From: the human T2T-CHM13v2.0 reference genome, Homo sapiens
Length of the DNA: 64,000 nt
NCBI RefSeq assembly: GCF_009914755.1
Contig: NC_060928.1
Reading direction: 5' to 3' (one strand)
Both the position numbers and the translations under genes were made by a program. Positions 60,501 through 64,000 of the stretch are shown one piece after another. Under the pieces are notes generated by a model. The model was given only the letters and a program-made list of their open reading frames with translations, ran no database searches and was not told where the DNA came from. Numbering within the stretch: position 1 is the stretch's first letter; each line of letters opens with the position of its first letter.

Positions 60501-62234
60501 TTAGCACAAAGTACAACAGATTCACTACAGCGTAAGACTAGCCTCACAGAACCTTTTTCTATTAATAAAAACTTTACAGTTTTTATTAATATAAACAGTG
60601 ATTTTTACCATTAATTCAACCAGTTTGCACAGGGAGAGAGAGGCCAGAAGTCTGACTGGTAAGAACTTTTACCCTTTTTCTGGCATGTCAAGCTTCTGGG
60701 TTCCCTCTTTCCAGCTCAGTTTTTAAGCCAAGCAGTTTATGGTTTGGGGAAATTAAACTTTTCTCAGAGGGGAGTGTCTTGTGGTACAGAGACGTGATCA
60801 CCCCTCCACAAAGATAGGACAGAGAAGGAAACAGGAAAAAAAAAAAGAAGGTTTTTTTTTTTTTTTTTTTTTTTTCAAAGGAGTCCCAGTGATGCAGGAT
60901 GCAGTCAAGAGAAGTACAGACTGAAGATGGTTGGTTTCTCATCTGGAAAGAGGAGAAAAAGGCATCCCTTAGGTCCTTTCTCTTTCCAGTGAATACCTGG
61001 GGTATGTGAAGGAGAGAGAGAAAAAATGGTGTTCCCTTTTTCTCTTCCATCTTTATATCCTTGAGTCCTGGTGACCTTGGCATGTGTTGCCCATGGGTGC
61101 CAATGAGGCTCTCACCCATGTAACAGGGAGGCCTAGAGGGTAGGAATTATCTGCACTCATCTACCTACTGGCCTATCCTCCCTGCTGTTGGTAACCTCAT
61201 CTATGCTATGGATATGGGCATCACTTCTACCCATGAAATGGTGGGGGGGCGGGGGGTGCTAATTGTCAGTGACCAGTCATGCTCACCTGTGCTCTGCCCC
61301 TTGACTTTCATTGTCATCTGCTTTGGGATCACTCAGATCCAGTTTTTCTATTTAGGACTTCAATCTGAAGCTTGAAATTGAGTTTGGGACAAAAAGGTGC
61401 CTTGCAAGGGTGCATGGACTCATTAAGTCCCAGCTGGCCCTTGCCAAACTTGAAGCCAGCAACTGACAGGGCCACTCCTTCCCTGGTTCCTTATAATAAA
61501 CCGAATGCTAAGGTAAATCTGTGGAACTGGGTCCTCCTCAAACAAGGGAGAGAAAAGGGAATCCCTGAGAATTGAGGAACTGGCTGGTAAGATGCCTTAC
61601 AAAAGGAATAAAAAATCTTCTTGCATGGAAAACTCCCTGTATTTGCAGGGCTGTGTTAACTCCTGACATGGTGAAGGAAAGGTAAAAAAAAAAACAAAAA
61701 CAAACCCAGCTTAATTGCAGGGAGGGGAAGGTGTCTGAGGGAAAAAGCCTCTTGCTCTTATGCAAATAGATTCTTTCAACAGGGGAAAATCTCTTAATCA
61801 CTGTATCCTCCCTGAATCTAAGAATAGATGGTAACCACATTGTTCTGAATTACATTTTTTGTGATTAGGCTAAGTGCCCATTCTACCCAATAATATCTTT
61901 GTAGTTTGCAACAACACTCTTAACATTATAAAAGAAAAGATAGGTGTTGTGAGAGTCCCCAAAGAAAGAAGAAAAATGACATAGAAAAGACTGGATTTGG
62001 ACAGAAACTGACATTCCCAACCCCCAAGAGTGATGAGGTGTTGGGGTGGCAGGGTCCTCTCCCACATCCTGTCCTCTGTGGCTGTGCCATTAGGCATTAA
62101 CTGGCTAATCAGAGGTCTGGTAGTTCATTTGGCTTCAGAAAAATGTCTGAGGACAAGAAGCCTCAGGAAAAAAGAGAAGAGTCTAGGTTCACATTTACTC
62201 ACCCTTTGGGGATCCCCAGGAGAGCCCCCAGAAA
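57550..62234 (-). mobile_element. MER4-group non-autonomous ERV1 internal region (MER52-int/MER4-int-like), no 3' LTR
   Basis: AT-rich internal motifs (ctccaaagttatcagaaacctgcatt, gatcagtgccttaagaaaaccctgttg); adjoins the PBS and LTR; leader splice donor aagg|gtgagt near 62197-62205. Confidence 0.75.
62212..62230 (-). other. Degenerate tRNA-Pro primer-binding site
   Basis: Minus strand TGGGGGCTCTCCTGGGGAT versus TGGGGGCTCGTCCGGGAT, 4 nt from the LTR end. Confidence 0.7.
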
Positions 62235-62909
62235 TGACATAGGACTTTTCTTGGCCACTTTGCCAGCCAGGGACCTCCGGCTGGTGATGTCCCTGCCTGG
62301 GCCTCACTCATGCACACTACCTGCCACAGGAGGCACCCCGCCTACTTGGCCAAGTTTGGCTTGTGCACCAGCTCAGCCAATAGCTGGGCTGGCTGTGCCC
62401 CAGCCCACCTATGTTATAGATTATACCCATGTTCGGCAGTTCCTGAGCTCTTGTCCCATGTCCCAGAACAAGGATACACTAACAATTGAAGGATGAGGAG
62501 GGTGGAGAAGAATTTTATTGAGTGATGGAACAGCTCTCAGCAGAAAGGGGACATTGTAGTGGTTCCCCACCCCCACAGTTAGGTGGTTTCTCTCTCAATG
62601 TGGCTGAGTCTGGGGTTTTTATAGGCACAGGATGGGGGAGGGCCAGGCCATAGGTAGTATTGGATAAGGCAACATTTGATCGATTAAAAAGCATTATTCA
62701 GAAAGAACAAATCAAGAAAGGGTAGACAAACAGGAACAGAAGTTTTCACTCCAGGTCGCATTTCTCATCCAGAACAAGCAGTCCATTCTTTCAGCCTTCA
62801 GGCTGTTCCCAATTAAATCTTTTTCCAATTAAAGACTGGAGGAGGATGGGGTTTCACCAGGGACCTACCTCTATCTGCCTAAGCATTTGTGTGCCTCCTG
62901 CTGCTGTTA
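62235..62909 (-). mobile_element. LTR27-like ERV1 5' LTR
   Basis: 675 bp; minus-strand tataaaaacccc TATA, caataaaa poly(A) signal, ends ..ctatgtca before the PBS. Confidence 0.78.
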
Positions 62910-64000
62910 CGTACTTGTTAGGAGTAAATTGTTTTTGAATGAAAGAGAGACCTCTAGATTTTTGGAATAAGATTTTTCCTGAAAATCTAAATCAAAGGTA
63001 GGTCAATAGGCCTTGAGCCAAAAGTCAAAGGTAGGTTGGAAGATTATGAAAGAAAGTAGTTGAATGGAAGCTGCTGCTGATTTCCTGGAGATACCCAGGT
63101 GTAATCAGGACCCAAGGGCCAGGAGAAATTAGTTTCAGTGGTGTTGGCAAATTTACTTGGGGAAGCTGTGCCTGGGGTGGAAGCACGGTAGCATTAAAAT
63201 GGGAATATCAATTTCTTAGACACAGGGAGAGAAGGATTTAATCGGGAAGAGACTAAAGTTTTTCAAAAGCCTAGGTAAATTTTTTCAGCTGGCTGAAGAG
63301 TTTGTTTTTGTTTTTCCCTACAATTGCAATGCAAAAACAGCCACACATCAATAACAACAGCAAAAAATAATAATAAATAATAATTGAATCCCTTTTTTTG
63401 TTTTTTTACCCTTAAATACAATAAAATGTAATGATTTCTTGAACAATGTATGATGTTTGTTAGCATACAATGTCTTCAATATTTTATACAACTTTTTCTA
63501 TAGGCTCAATGAAAGCCTGAGTCTGTTGGCTTAGGTGCTCTGACCATACCTTCAATGAAAGGCTCACTGAAAACAAACACAACAGCATTCCAGTGGTAGC
63601 ATTTTTATAATCCTAATAGTTAGCAACAGACAATCAGAAATTCTTTTGTATCAATGACTAGGCAAAGGACAGATTAGGGAATCAAGCTCAGGTTTCATCT
63701 CTAAAGGTGAAAGATGAAGGTTTTGCTGGATGATATTTGTACTCTTTTAATATAAAGATAGGAAGCATATCTCAAATATTTTAGCTAATCCACGTGTCAT
63801 CAATGTGTCTGATTATTTTATCAATGGTAGCCAATTTCTGAAATGCTAGTCAATAAGCCATAATTTTCAGTTATAAAATTATGTCTGACATCAGTATGAT
63901 AATTACCAAAACATCCGTAGTTAATCAACATAGGATAAAATAAGTACTTATAATAGCAACCTCTACAGTATGGACCTTTTTGATGTAATGGGAATTGGCC

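Overview
Primate (most likely human or great ape) non-coding DNA, AT-rich, CpG-depleted and dominated by transposable elements. I see no host protein-coding exon, RNA gene or CpG island. Every ORF I can recognise is a decayed L1 or HERV-H protein remnant. Main contents: a near full-length dead L1PA7/8-type LINE-1 (1-6046, +); a deleted-type HERV-H provirus with both LTR7s (26210-32446, -); an orphan L1PA 5' end abutting that provirus; an older near full-length L1MA (38973-45388, -); solo LTRs (THE1D, LTR13A, LTR3A, MER4, MER57); a MER4-group ERV remnant with an LTR27-like LTR and an inverted partner LTR fragment (57377-62909); about 11 Alu/FAM/FRAM copies; and MIR, L2 and hAT relics. Family names are recognised from memory of consensus sequences and need RepeatMasker/Dfam confirmation. 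Best lead: the HERV-H appears to be a recombinant provirus marking a genome rearrangement (discordant LTRs, no clean TSD, host L1 cut off exactly at the LTR). I find no convincing new biological system beyond these structural leads.
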